42,272 bases of DNA, from positions 1 through 42,272 of IMG/VR virus record IMGVR_UViG_3300025018_000044, one strand, 5' to 3'. A program made the position numbers and the translations under genes. Below are positions 9,796-19,985 of the stretch, in pieces (positions within the stretch are counted from its first letter, which is position 1; every line of letters starts with the position of its first letter). This stretch comes from a virus (taxonomy: Duplodnaviria; Caudoviricetes). The notes under the pieces are model-generated. The model was not told the DNA's origin. It made no database searches and saw only the letters and a list, made by a program, of their open reading frames with translations.

Positions 9796-10079
9796 AAATC
9801 CTTCGGCTTCGCGAAGGCGCATGTTTGTACGGTTGCGAATGTGACGAATGCCTCGGCGTTCTTAACGAGTTGAAAGCCGGCGTTTTCAGCTTGGAAAACG
9901 TTCGCATCGAAGCCGGTTGCAGGTTGGTCGACCTGGAAGATGAACGCGTTATCCACTGGTTAGACGTCTACATCAATTATCTGGAAAACGCCGGCGACTT
10001 GATGCGCTACGACGTGCGATTTTCGCAGGTCAAAACAATTTGCGACCAGGAAACGGCGCATCTTCGACGAGGTCGATAA
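9699..10079 (+). CDS. -1 frameshift extension of the tail assembly chaperone (gpGT-like)
   Basis: The -1 frame is open from the A-run to TAA 10079, which overlaps the tape measure ATG. Confidence 0.7.
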   Translation, partial: KLREYVRARYGPESTRCKCSSCTGNFDDRIALEILRLREGACLYGCECDECLGVLNELKAGVFSLENVRIEAGCRLVDLEDERVIHWLDVYINYLENAGDLMRYDVRFSQVKTICDQETAHLRRGR

Positions 10080-12499
10080 TGTCAGAGGGTTTAATCTTCG
10101 AAGTAAGCGCGGAAGACAACGCAACCGCAACGCTCAATAAGGTACAAGGCGAAGTCCGCGAAACGGCCGGAGCGACGAACGAAGTCGGAAATAGCATGTC
10201 CAGCGCTTCGGCGAAGTCCGGCGGCCTTACGTCTAACTTGATGGCGCTTGGAAAGGTTGCAGGCGTCGCGTTCGCAGCGTTCGAAGGCGCGAAGAAAATC
10301 AAAGAGTTCGCCGATATTTCCATCGCATACTCGGTCGTTTCATCCGACTTACAGCAATCAATCAAAAACACGACGCCAGGGCTTAAAGAGCAAGCCGACG
10401 CATGGGATGAAATAACCGAATCGGTCGAACGTGCTTACGAAATGACTGGTACGAAGATTCCAGAGCTTCAACAAATACTCGTCGATTTAAATATCCGGAC
10501 TGGTTCAAGCGCGAATTCATGGGAAAGGCTGAATCGCGTCATGGGCGCCGCGAACCTTACCGGTAAAGGCGCGCGCGAAGTCGCGAAGGGTATCGGCGAG
10601 GCATACACTGGAAACATTGCGCCATTAAAAGAGCTTGGACTTTTGAACGACGCGCAAATCAAGCAATTGATGCTCATAACCGACGCATCGGAACGCGCCG
10701 GCGCCGCATTTGAAATCGCAGATAAGAAGCTCGTCGGATATGCGGAAGGGCTTCCGGCCGCAGAGGTCGCCAATAAGAAGCTCGAAGCGTCATACGAGCG
10801 TTTAAAGGCCGCGATGGGCGCCGCCTTCGTCGCTCCGATTTCCGGCGGAATCGCGACCATCGCCGACGGAACGACCGCGGCCGCGAAAGAAGTCGAATCG
10901 TTCATCAAGATTTGGGAATCCGCGCCGCGCTCAATTGGCGCCGCGATGACTGAATCGCGAAAGCAATTGGAAGACTTCACAAATGACGCCGCGGCCGAAG
11001 CCGCACGCATCAACAAAAAAACCGGCGATTCGCAAATCGAAGGAATCAAGCTCAACGCCGAAACGCGAAAGATGATGATTCGCGAATCGGTCGAAAACGG
11101 CTCTTTGATTGGCTGGATTGCCGAAGAGCAAATGAAGCGCATCGACAAAACTGCAACGATGCAAATCGAATCGGTAAGGCTCGAGCGCGGGCTTTTTGAA
11201 ACGGTAACGCTTACCGAATCGCAAAAACGCGCCGACCTACTTGCAAACGAAATCGCGATACTTTCGGAAAAGAATCCGAAGATAAGAGCAGAGCTAAAAG
11301 CAGAGCAGGAAATCCAGACTTTGAAGGAACGTCAATTTGACGAACTTCAAAACATAACCGACGAAACGACGCGCCAACAATTGCTCGGCGAACACGAGCT
11401 CCAACTTCAAAAAAAGAAGCTTGAAAACGAAAACGCGCTCGCTTCGACGAAGACGGCTTCGACCAAAAAGGCCGAAACGGAATTCGAACGCGAAGCGAAG
11501 GCCATCGAAAAGCGACACGCCGACCGCATGTATTATTTGCGGATTGAGCAGGAAGCCGAAGACGCGCGAATCAAGGCGTTCATCGACGGACAAAACGCGT
11601 CGATACGTGCAACCGAAGAGCTTATCGCAACGCAGGCGAAGGCGTCGGAACTTTGGGAAAACACGAAGTCGCAATTAGGCGCGATAGGCGAAATGTCGGG
11701 CGAAGACGCGCAAATCAAAGCGGCCGGACAATCGCGCAGAATCGAAGCCGTCGCCGGCGGATTGACTGGAATCGGCGCCGGCCTGGAAGCCGGAGCGACC
11801 GGCTTCGATGACGCCGCGGCCGAAGCATCGCAAAAAGCGGCCGAAGCCAAAGACGAGGCGTCTAAGGCTCATTATGAGCAATTGCAGAAAGAGAACGAAG
11901 CGCTCGCAGTCCAAACGCGAAAATACGAAAAGCTCGCGACGTCGGCCGGCGCCTTCGGAAAACAATTGGCCGTAATAGCGTCGAAGCAGTGGAATTTCGC
12001 CGACGCTTCCGAAGCGACAATCGCGGCGCTTGATGCGGTATCGATGGCCGGCGAAGCGATGGCGTCAATCGTTGGCGATTCCGTCCAGGAACAAGCCGGA
12101 ATCCGCGCGGGCTTCGAGTTCGCGTCTGCGGCCGCGGCGCTTGGCGCTGGCTTCATGTTCCAGAATCCGGCGTTCTATGCGGCCGCAGGTCAACACGCGC
12201 TCGCCGGAGGTATGTTTGCGGCGCAAGCAATGGGCGCGTTTGGCGGCGGTTCCGCAGGCGGCGGCGGCGGCGGCTCTGCGGCTTCGATGTATTCGAACGC
12301 GAAGTCGTTCGACGTGTCGGCCGAACGCGAAGCGACTGCGGTTGCATTTGCGGAAAAGCTTGCGGCGATGAACGGAGGCGGCGGACAAAACATCATTTTG
12401 CAAATGGGCACGAATAACGTTTTCATGCGGCGTTCGGACGAATTCGGCCGCGAGCTTCTTGAAACGCTAAATAGTGCTCAACGGAATTTCGGCGGATAA
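10079..12499 (+). CDS. Tape measure protein
   Basis: N-terminal FEVSAEDNATATL, long Ala-rich helical/coiled-coil body, hydrophobic Gly/Ala C-terminal region. Confidence 0.85.
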   Translation: MSEGLIFEVSAEDNATATLNKVQGEVRETAGATNEVGNSMSSASAKSGGLTSNLMALGKVAGVAFAAFEGAKKIKEFADISIAYSVVSSDLQQSIKNTTPGLKEQADAWDEITESVERAYEMTGTKIPELQQILVDLNIRTGSSANSWERLNRVMGAANLTGKGAREVAKGIGEAYTGNIAPLKELGLLNDAQIKQLMLITDASERAGAAFEIADKKLVGYAEGLPAAEVANKKLEASYERLKAAMGAAFVAPISGGIATIADGTTAAAKEVESFIKIWESAPRSIGAAMTESRKQLEDFTNDAAAEAARINKKTGDSQIEGIKLNAETRKMMIRESVENGSLIGWIAEEQMKRIDKTATMQIESVRLERGLFETVTLTESQKRADLLANEIAILSEKNPKIRAELKAEQEIQTLKERQFDELQNITDETTRQQLLGEHELQLQKKKLENENALASTKTASTKKAETEFEREAKAIEKRHADRMYYLRIEQEAEDARIKAFIDGQNASIRATEELIATQAKASELWENTKSQLGAIGEMSGEDAQIKAAGQSRRIEAVAGGLTGIGAGLEAGATGFDDAAAEASQKAAEAKDEASKAHYEQLQKENEALAVQTRKYEKLATSAGAFGKQLAVIASKQWNFADASEATIAALDAVSMAGEAMASIVGDSVQEQAGIRAGFEFASAAAALGAGFMFQNPAFYAAAGQHALAGGMFAAQAMGAFGGGSAGGGGGGSAASMYSNAKSFDVSAEREATAVAFAEKLAAMNGGGGQNIILQMGTNNVFMRRSDEFGRELLETLNSAQRNFGG

Positions 12500-12500
12500 A

Positions 12501-13433
12501 ATGCCATATACACAAGACAAGTTTCTCGCTCGCTTTAACGTTCCGTCCGACGCGCGGTCGTTCGTCGTTCGTCAATCGAGCACTGATTATCAAGTTTCAA
12601 TTACGGCCGGGAACTACTTCGGACATGATGAACTTAGCGCGACGCATCCTGGTTTTTGGTACGCAGTCGTCGCCGCACTTAACGCTCATGGCAGCTTATC
12701 CGGAACCTGGTCCGTTTCTGCGGCTTCGCCGACCCTTTCGTCGGGAATGACAAACGGAGGCGTTAGGCTCGCTTGTACGGCGGCGTTTTCTCTTTCGTTT
12801 GCGCACGCGTCATGGACGATGGATAAAGGTCTTTTCGGATATCCGTCGAATTCAGTCGTAACGCCAACGACCGTTAACGGAGTTTTCGCCGGCGGAACGT
12901 ATGGCGCGACCATGCCATACACGAGGTCGACCGATTGGCTTTGCAGGCCGGAAGCCAAAGACCGCGCAGTTACCGACAAGCGTTCGTTTCCAATCGTTCC
13001 GAAGCTCGTTTCGTCCGATGTCGACCCTCTGCTCGCGGTCGAAATGATTTATGGAAATTCGGCGCTTGAATACGTCCGCACGTATAAAACCGGCCGCATC
13101 TTAGCTGGACACGTGTTCGGCGAACGTTGCCTCGAAGCCGGTTACGCCGCAACCGCAGGCGTTGCAATCGGCGATACCTGCAACGGCTTCGCGGAGCTTG
13201 TATGGAACCGCGCAAAACTGCTCAACGGAACCGCGAACGACGGCGACATCATCATCGTTCACAACGACGTTTCAGACTTGAAGTTTTCGACGCACGATTA
13301 CGACATCGCACGTTTCGAAAAGCCGGCGCATAGAGAGGCATTGCGTAACTTGATGGCCGACCGTCAACTTAACGGCGAAGTGTATTCAATCGAAACCGAA
13401 TTCCGGCTCAAAGTTCGAAATTACAGGCATTAA
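12501..13433 (+). CDS. Tail tip protein (distal-tail position)
   Basis: Immediately after the tape measure gene; beta-rich composition. Confidence 0.55.
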   Translation: MPYTQDKFLARFNVPSDARSFVVRQSSTDYQVSITAGNYFGHDELSATHPGFWYAVVAALNAHGSLSGTWSVSAASPTLSSGMTNGGVRLACTAAFSLSFAHASWTMDKGLFGYPSNSVVTPTTVNGVFAGGTYGATMPYTRSTDWLCRPEAKDRAVTDKRSFPIVPKLVSSDVDPLLAVEMIYGNSALEYVRTYKTGRILAGHVFGERCLEAGYAATAGVAIGDTCNGFAELVWNRAKLLNGTANDGDIIIVHNDVSDLKFSTHDYDIARFEKPAHREALRNLMADRQLNGEVYSIETEFRLKVRNYRH

Positions 13434-13437
13434 AATT

Positions 13438-15813
13438 ATGATTTTTGCAGTTATCGAAGGCGTCTACGGCGACAATCCTGCGACATACACGAAAGGCGCG
13501 GCGATATATAACGGCCAAGCTCCGACCGGCGCGCTTCTTTCGTCTGGTTACGAATGGATTCCGGCCTTGATTGAGCTGCCGAACTTCGCGGCGATGAACG
13601 GCGAACCGTTGCGCGGAGACATAACCGCATCGTCGACCGCGCTTCAAATCAGGCGAACGGATACGCTTGCGAAGCGACTTCTAGCGCGAACCAGGCGTTA
13701 TCCTAAATACCTTCAAAGCGCGATAAGTAGCACGGCGACGACAATCGTCATGGCGCAAACGACGGCCGTTACCGTCGGCTCTGTACTGTACATCGGCGAC
13801 GAATGCGCCATCGTAACGACAGACCATGGCGGCGGAACATTGAGCGTCGTTCGCGGCGTGTTAGGCACGAAGAAAAAGGCGCATCCGGCCGGGCTTTTCG
13901 TGTCCGTAAATTCCGCGAACACGATTGAACTTCGGCGCGTTGAATTATTCGAAGTCCTTTCCGATGGCGTCACAATTAAACAACGTTGGGAAGGACTGGT
14001 CGACCGCATCGACGTCGACAAGATGGTTATTTCGGTCGCGACCAGGACATCGACGGCGTTTTCAGGCGGAAACAATATCAACCGCGACGCCGTCGACTTG
14101 TCGAATACTGGCGACGTTTGGTTCGCAGGACGGAAGACGGACGACGACGGAACATACGTCGATTCGTCGCAGCTTTTCGGCTCGGTATTCTTCGCCGGAA
14201 TTCAAGACGTCGCGTCGCGCGTTTTCAAGCCGTCAACATCGAACAATAAACCATGCGCGATGCGTGTCGGCGAAGCGTTAACAATCGGCCTTGTGCGTGG
14301 AACCGCCGAAATTGAATTCGTCGGCGTTCCTGCGCTACTTGGTTCGGAATTCGAAACGCAGTCCGACCGGATGATTTCGCCGGGGCCTGGCGGATACCTT
14401 CGCGCGCTTGCGGTCGGTCCGATTCGCGAAGTGTTTCTCGTGTCGCAAACGGCGGACCGATGGTCAGAGGCCAACCTTGGCGCCAAAGTGTCGGCGACGC
14501 GCTCTCTTCCTTACCCTTACCATCCGCTTACCATCGTCGCAGCGTTGCTCTTTTCGGACGAATCAAGCGCCGAGGATTTACTTTCATTCAACGTCCTTTA
14601 TCGATGGTTCGGAGCCGACCATCTTCCGTTCACTGCGCAAGGTATTTTGGATTCGATAACGACGCTTATCGAATCGACGGCCGACATGAAGGTCGACACC
14701 GTTTTGTTCGCCTGGTCCGAAAAGCCGGAAGACGTTTGGAAGATATGCCGCTCGCTGCTTAAACAATTTGGTTTCTGGTCGCCGGTCGACGAATACGGCC
14801 GAACCTGGTTCGCGAAATCAGGATTAATCGACGTGTCGGACTACAACGCCGCAGTCGTCGACCAATTGGAGCTCGCGCGTCCAGGCGGCGAACCGACCCT
14901 TATGTTTTCGCCAAACGGTCCGACGCCGAGCGATGCACTTACGCTTGCGGTCGGCGAGCGTCCATGGTCCGAACCGCAGTCCGTAGACGTCACGATTAAC
15001 GGCGTGTCCGACCGGCGCCAACGACTCGGCATCAACAACACGACCGAAATCGACATGTTTGCGTATGACGCCGGCCGAGGCCGAGAATTGAAAGAAGTCT
15101 TTTCGCGTCTGGCGATTCTGTATGCGGAAAATCCGCCGCGCATAACGGTCGAAGTAAAGGCCGTCGGCTCGTCACGATATGGACTCGGGACCATCAAGCG
15201 GCTTCCGGACAATTTGCCATTATGGAACCTTGATTCGCGCTTTGCTTGGCTTGTCGACCGGTCCGGTAACTTGACTGCGGATTCAGGCGCCGAAGCCTTT
15301 ACGGGCCGCGTCGTTTCGTCACGATGGCAACCGGCGAACGGAACGTATGCGCTTGTTTTGGAGCTTACTAATTTTCACGTCGGCGGAATCGCGAAGCTTC
15401 GCGCGCCTTCGATGGTCGTAACTTCGGCCGGAAACGATGGTGTCGCGTCTTATCTTTATTGCGCAGGAGCTTCCGACTTCGGCCTTTCCGTCGCGGATTG
15501 CACTAATTTCCGCGCCGGCGACCCTTGCGAACTTGTCACACTTACCGGCGCGCCGGACCCTGGAAATCCGCTAAATTTTCAAGTCGTTTTGGTCGGCGCA
15601 AATTACGTCAAGCTTAACGGATTAATCGACGAAGCGTCGGCCGTCGGAAAGGTACTCCGCCTTTCATACATTGGCGCCGGCGGATGGGCGAACTTTAACG
15701 CATATCTTGCGAACGTCGCGCGACCATGGACATACTTCGGAACCGCGGAAAACGCCGCGAACGACGCTGATACGGTAAGCGTCTACAATGGACAAGGTGA
15801 CTTCTATGGTTGA
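13438..15813 (+). CDS. Large tail tip/hub protein
   Basis: 791 aa in the tail module. The IGDE...VVRGVLGT...H motif is common in phage tail proteins. Confidence 0.6.
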   Translation: MIFAVIEGVYGDNPATYTKGAAIYNGQAPTGALLSSGYEWIPALIELPNFAAMNGEPLRGDITASSTALQIRRTDTLAKRLLARTRRYPKYLQSAISSTATTIVMAQTTAVTVGSVLYIGDECAIVTTDHGGGTLSVVRGVLGTKKKAHPAGLFVSVNSANTIELRRVELFEVLSDGVTIKQRWEGLVDRIDVDKMVISVATRTSTAFSGGNNINRDAVDLSNTGDVWFAGRKTDDDGTYVDSSQLFGSVFFAGIQDVASRVFKPSTSNNKPCAMRVGEALTIGLVRGTAEIEFVGVPALLGSEFETQSDRMISPGPGGYLRALAVGPIREVFLVSQTADRWSEANLGAKVSATRSLPYPYHPLTIVAALLFSDESSAEDLLSFNVLYRWFGADHLPFTAQGILDSITTLIESTADMKVDTVLFAWSEKPEDVWKICRSLLKQFGFWSPVDEYGRTWFAKSGLIDVSDYNAAVVDQLELARPGGEPTLMFSPNGPTPSDALTLAVGERPWSEPQSVDVTINGVSDRRQRLGINNTTEIDMFAYDAGRGRELKEVFSRLAILYAENPPRITVEVKAVGSSRYGLGTIKRLPDNLPLWNLDSRFAWLVDRSGNLTADSGAEAFTGRVVSSRWQPANGTYALVLELTNFHVGGIAKLRAPSMVVTSAGNDGVASYLYCAGASDFGLSVADCTNFRAGDPCELVTLTGAPDPGNPLNFQVVLVGANYVKLNGLIDEASAVGKVLRLSYIGAGGWANFNAYLANVARPWTYFGTAENAANDADTVSVYNGQGDFYG

Positions 15814-16627
15814 TTTCAGTGGTACTTATTACATCGGACTCGATGACAACATGTTCGGAAACGGTTCGACGGCCGCACGTCCGCTGGACTCGTTCGCCGA
15901 AGCCGCAGTCGCGAACGCCGCCTTTCATCAATTGCAGGGTATAGACGTTGCGGCCTGGTCGCCGCCTTGTAATGGCAACACGTACAACGTCGCGAACAAA
16001 ACAAGGCCGTACGCGTCGGTTCAATGGTTGACGGTCGCGCCGCCTTTCCATATTCGCATCGACCCTGATTCAAGTGAGCTTGTCATAAGCGGACTCGCCG
16101 TCGTCGCGAACGCCGATTCGCCGCCTGCGTTGGATTTCGAAATCGAAGTCGTAATCGTCGGATTCGGCCGCGCTCGATTTACGATGGCAAACACGGCCGG
16201 ACAAATACACGCGTTCCGATGGTCGATTCCGATTCACGTTCCGCCGACCGACGCGGTTTGGACGGTTTGCCAAATATTCGGACAATCGCAAATTGGCGAC
16301 AATATAACCGAAGACGGCGTCGGCGTTTTGACTGGAAACAATGTTTTTACGAACGATACCGGATGGACTGCGACAAGCCTTCCAGGCGCATCAATTACGA
16401 CCGCGGCGAACGAAGTCCGTTGCATCGTGTTACGCGACGCGGCCGACAACAAATCATATTTTGACTCTGTTAAGCTCTGGCAAGATACCGCGATGGCGAG
16501 TCCATTCATGGTTGTTTCGCCGTTTTCCGCGAATCAACTTGGCGCCGGCGCATACGTCGACGAAGCGGCGATTTCATATGTCCAGTTTTTCGGAATGAAT
16601 TTCCAGCAACGTTGGAGGACCGAGTGA
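15806..16627 (+). CDS. Minor tail protein
   Basis: Overlap-coupled beta-rich ORF in the tail module. Confidence 0.55.
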   Translation: MVDFSGTYYIGLDDNMFGNGSTAARPLDSFAEAAVANAAFHQLQGIDVAAWSPPCNGNTYNVANKTRPYASVQWLTVAPPFHIRIDPDSSELVISGLAVVANADSPPALDFEIEVVIVGFGRARFTMANTAGQIHAFRWSIPIHVPPTDAVWTVCQIFGQSQIGDNITEDGVGVLTGNNVFTNDTGWTATSLPGASITTAANEVRCIVLRDAADNKSYFDSVKLWQDTAMASPFMVVSPFSANQLGAGAYVDEAAISYVQFFGMNFQQRWRTE

Positions 16628-17397
16628 CGATTGCGAAAATACCGATTCAGGCCATCGCGGCCGGCCGGTCCGACACGAGCCTCGTTGCGACTAAGCACGC
16701 ATGGAACGAGAATGAACTTCACAAGCGGCCGCGGCTTTTATGGGTAGGTCCGCAAGGCAAATTGAACACTTCCGAAGAAGAGTTTTCGACTTGGAATGGT
16801 CACGTTCGATGGACTTATTGCGACGGCGACCAAGTGTCGGCCGTCAACCTGGAAGACGTTTCGCCGACTTTATTCGCGAACGGTTCCGACATCGAAATCC
16901 GCGGATTCGTCCTTTCCGTTCATCTTGCGCAAAGCTTTTTTTCCATAAATACATTCGAAGACTTGCAGAAAAACGCGACGTCTTGCGAATGGACCATGAC
17001 GGCGACGGCTTCGCAGCTTGCGGACGGCGATGCAAATTGGTCGGCCGCGACCGTCGTCGATTCCGACGCTCGAGTCGTCACTTATTCGCATCTTCCGACT
17101 GATATGTCCGGCGTCTATTTGGCGCTTCAACAACAATACTGGTCGAAATTCGGTTATTCTGGTCGCGACTACGGCTTGACGTATAAAGAGGGTCAACTTC
17201 GCTCGGACGACTTCGGCTTGTTGACGCCGTTTTCGTTCCGCCTGGACTTGTCGACGATGGTTCCTGACATTTCAGTCCGGTTCAATATCAAGGCGCTTCG
17301 GACTGGAACGCCGAAATATGGCATGACGACGAACAATTCAACGGCGAACCTTCGGCTCTTGATGGTCGGAGTCGATGGTTACGAGGTCGCGAAATGA
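16624..17397 (+). CDS. Minor tail protein
   Basis: GGAGG before GTG 16624, with GTGA coupling. Confidence 0.55.
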   Translation: MTIAKIPIQAIAAGRSDTSLVATKHAWNENELHKRPRLLWVGPQGKLNTSEEEFSTWNGHVRWTYCDGDQVSAVNLEDVSPTLFANGSDIEIRGFVLSVHLAQSFFSINTFEDLQKNATSCEWTMTATASQLADGDANWSAATVVDSDARVVTYSHLPTDMSGVYLALQQQYWSKFGYSGRDYGLTYKEGQLRSDDFGLLTPFSFRLDLSTMVPDISVRFNIKALRTGTPKYGMTTNNSTANLRLLMVGVDGYEVAK

Positions 17398-17978
17398 CGG
17401 TTAGAAATTCAGTGCGAACGGCTTCGGCCGTGCTCGATGGCGCCGCCGGCCGGCCGATACGTTATTCGTTTTACGACACAATCGCGGAAAGCCTGAATCA
17501 TCGCTTTTCGCGTTCTGGAATGAGGCATTGTGGTTACGTCTTCGACCCTGCTTACGAGGTCTCCGGCATCACTTACACGACCGCAAGCGCATCGAGCGCA
17601 CGAAGTCTTGACACGCTCTTTCCGACGTTCGTAACGCCGCGACGTGCAGGAACGATGCGGACAAAAATTCGGCTCTTCGGCGCGAACATATATCTTCGCG
17701 TTTTGCCTTGGCGATTTTCGCGGCCGACGTCGGTTTCGACGTTTGCATATTCGTACGCGACCATCGCATCGACTTCGAATGTTTGGTCGGAAGCCGTGTT
17801 TTCGACGACTTGGGCCGGAGTCCATGAAAACGGAAGCGCGGCGAACGAACTTGCGGTTATGGCGCTTCAACTTTCCGCACGGGCTTACAATACAGGCGCC
17901 GGAACCGGCAAGATGTATGCGCTCGATATATATCAGGAATTCATTTCGGCCGGCGACATACCTACGGCCGCGCCTTGA
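17394..17978 (+). CDS. Minor tail protein
   Basis: GAGG ribosome site and ATGA coupling. Confidence 0.55.
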   Translation: MTVRNSVRTASAVLDGAAGRPIRYSFYDTIAESLNHRFSRSGMRHCGYVFDPAYEVSGITYTTASASSARSLDTLFPTFVTPRRAGTMRTKIRLFGANIYLRVLPWRFSRPTSVSTFAYSYATIASTSNVWSEAVFSTTWAGVHENGSAANELAVMALQLSARAYNTGAGTGKMYALDIYQEFISAGDIPTAAP

Positions 17979-18002
17979 CGCGAGTGTCAAGCCTGCTACC
18001 TT
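17974..18002 (+). promoter_or_regulatory. Possible promoter with a palindrome over the -35 box
   Basis: TTGACG-16 nt-TACCTT with TG at the extended -10; CTTGAC-GCGAGT-GTCAAG inverted repeat. Confidence 0.35.
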
Positions 18003-18035
18003 TTGAAAGCCGCACGCACCTTATAAGGACTCAAA

Positions 18036-18434
18036 ATGCCATCATTAACGCAATCAATTGGCGGCGGTACGCTTCCAGCAACGAGCCGACATATCCACGA
18101 AGGCGCCGCGCCGGCGACTGAAACGCAAATCATGACGCTCGGCTCGGCCGGAATCATTTTCGGCGGACATCAAATCGATGCAACGCTCTACGTCGAAGCC
18201 GTAACGGTCGACGTAACGGCTGTTTTGTATGGTCGGATTCTACTTCGCGATTCAAGTGGAACCGAAATCATCGGCGCTTGGAAGGCGCTAAAAACGCTTG
18301 TTGCAACCGCAGGCTCTTCCGCATGGGAGCAGGTTCCGCTCGCCTCGCTTATTAGCGGTCCGAATCAATTCAAAATCCAATGGTCCGGAAACGGCTCCGG
18401 CGCGACTTCGAAAGTAGCCTTAACGCTATCTTAA
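18036..18434 (+). CDS. Hypothetical virion protein
   Basis: TAAGGA ribosome site; beta-rich, 132 aa. Confidence 0.65.
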   Translation: MPSLTQSIGGGTLPATSRHIHEGAAPATETQIMTLGSAGIIFGGHQIDATLYVEAVTVDVTAVLYGRILLRDSSGTEIIGAWKALKTLVATAGSSAWEQVPLASLISGPNQFKIQWSGNGSGATSKVALTLS

Positions 18435-18446
18435 AAAGGCGACGCC

Positions 18447-19022
18447 ATGAGCTTTTTGCAAATCGCGCCGCCGGATAAGTCCGTAAAAATCAACCTTTCT
18501 TCGACGCCGTCGAATGGCGAAGTGTTGGTATATAACGGAACGTCCGGCGAATGGGAACCAGGCTCGGCCGCAGGCGGTTCCGACCCTTGGACGACTATCA
18601 AGCTTGCTTCGAATTTCAGCGTAAACACGAAGGCACAAGCTGCAATAACCGGATGGTCATTCGTTCCATTGGCGAACAAGACGTATGAGTTCGAAGTTCG
18701 CGCGCTCGCGATATGTTCCTCGGCATCGACCGGCGTTCGTCCTGGTTATTTAGCGATGGGCGGAACGATTGCGTGTGGAGCCGAGGTCGTTACACCTAGT
18801 ACGGTATCCGCTTCGGCCTTGCGGAATTTATTCGGGGCGACCGAGCAAAGATCAGGTTCGACCGCGGCGCCGACGACCCTTCCGCATCTTGTCCAGGTCA
18901 ACGGCCTTTTAATTTCCGGCGCGTCGCCTTCCGGAACCTTGCAAATGGCTCTCGCTAGCGAAGTTGCGGCAAGTTACGTCACTTACGCCGCCGGTTCGTT
19001 TTTCAGATACAGAGAGGTTTAA
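18447..19022 (+). CDS. Putative tail fibre-like protein
   Basis: The PSNGEVLVYNGTSGEWEP motif is typical of fibre repeats, followed by a beta-sandwich-like region. Confidence 0.55.
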   Translation: MSFLQIAPPDKSVKINLSSTPSNGEVLVYNGTSGEWEPGSAAGGSDPWTTIKLASNFSVNTKAQAAITGWSFVPLANKTYEFEVRALAICSSASTGVRPGYLAMGGTIACGAEVVTPSTVSASALRNLFGATEQRSGSTAAPTTLPHLVQVNGLLISGASPSGTLQMALASEVAASYVTYAAGSFFRYREV

Positions 19023-19024
19023 AG

Positions 19025-19699
19025 ATGAAAGTAAATTCAAATGGAAAAAACGGATGGGCAATCGACGAACGTAACCGAATATTCTTGGACGTCCGCGGCG
19101 CCGAGCTTCCGTCCGGAACATTCAAAGCCGGCTCGGTTTCTGAAATGACGATGCTTCGTACCAAAGGCGACCCGACATCGATGTCGACGCTTCGGTCGGA
19201 CTTCGGAAAGCATATCGACTCCGCGTCTAAAATTTTTGACGTTCCGGCGTCTTGGATTGCAGGAATGATTGCCATCGAAGCGACGCGGATTCCGAAAACG
19301 CTACATTTCGACCCTGCTTGTATGCGCGACGAAGACGGAAAAAACTTCGTCAAATATTGGGAAAGGCCGCGAAGGATTTCCGCCGGATTAATGCAAACGC
19401 TTATCTCAACGGCGCAAATGATGGCCGAAAAGAATAATTTGCATCCTTCATTCTGCGGCGTCGAACAATCGATTTCGCTCGGCCATCTTTGCGACCCTGA
19501 AATTTCCATCAAGCTCGGCACGGCGTACATGCGTTTTCAAATGGACCGAGGTCATGACGGCGTCCAGGTCGTCGCTTCGTACAACGCCGGCGGACTGTAT
19601 CCGGAAAACGACAACGCATGGAACCTGCGCACGTATGGCGCGACCAGGATTCCGAAATTCGCCGCCTACGCGAACGACTATGAGGCTCTCAATGTTTGA
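19025..19699 (+). CDS. Endolysin, lytic transglycosylase (SLT family)
   Basis: SLT motifs IAIE (catalytic Glu), GLMQ, L.DPE.SI..GT.Y and ASYNAG. Confidence 0.85.
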   Translation: MKVNSNGKNGWAIDERNRIFLDVRGAELPSGTFKAGSVSEMTMLRTKGDPTSMSTLRSDFGKHIDSASKIFDVPASWIAGMIAIEATRIPKTLHFDPACMRDEDGKNFVKYWERPRRISAGLMQTLISTAQMMAEKNNLHPSFCGVEQSISLGHLCDPEISIKLGTAYMRFQMDRGHDGVQVVASYNAGGLYPENDNAWNLRTYGATRIPKFAAYANDYEALNV

Positions 19700-19982
19700 A
19701 AATTACGCATCGTTACTTGTCGCCGGTTTCCTTTGGTCTGGTTGCATCGTCGGATTGACGCAGCTTGCGGCCGCGATTTGGAACATTCCAAAGGCTGGAA
19801 AAATTGGACTTCCGCTCGCCCTTGGCGCCATTACCGGACTGTTTCTTTCGCAACCGGTACTCGCGACAATCGGAGTCGAAGCGTCGACGCTTGGCGCCGC
19901 GGCCTTCTTTGGACTCGGCGCCGGAACGGGCGCGCATACCGTTTACGCGGTTTTCGAATCACGAATTAAAAAAGAAGGTTGA
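19692..19982 (+). CDS. Putative holin
   Basis: 96 aa, about 3 hydrophobic segments, basic C-terminus, overlaps the endolysin end. Confidence 0.65.
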   Translation: MFENYASLLVAGFLWSGCIVGLTQLAAAIWNIPKAGKIGLPLALGAITGLFLSQPVLATIGVEASTLGAAAFFGLGAGTGAHTVYAVFESRIKKEG

Positions 19983-19985
19983 ATC

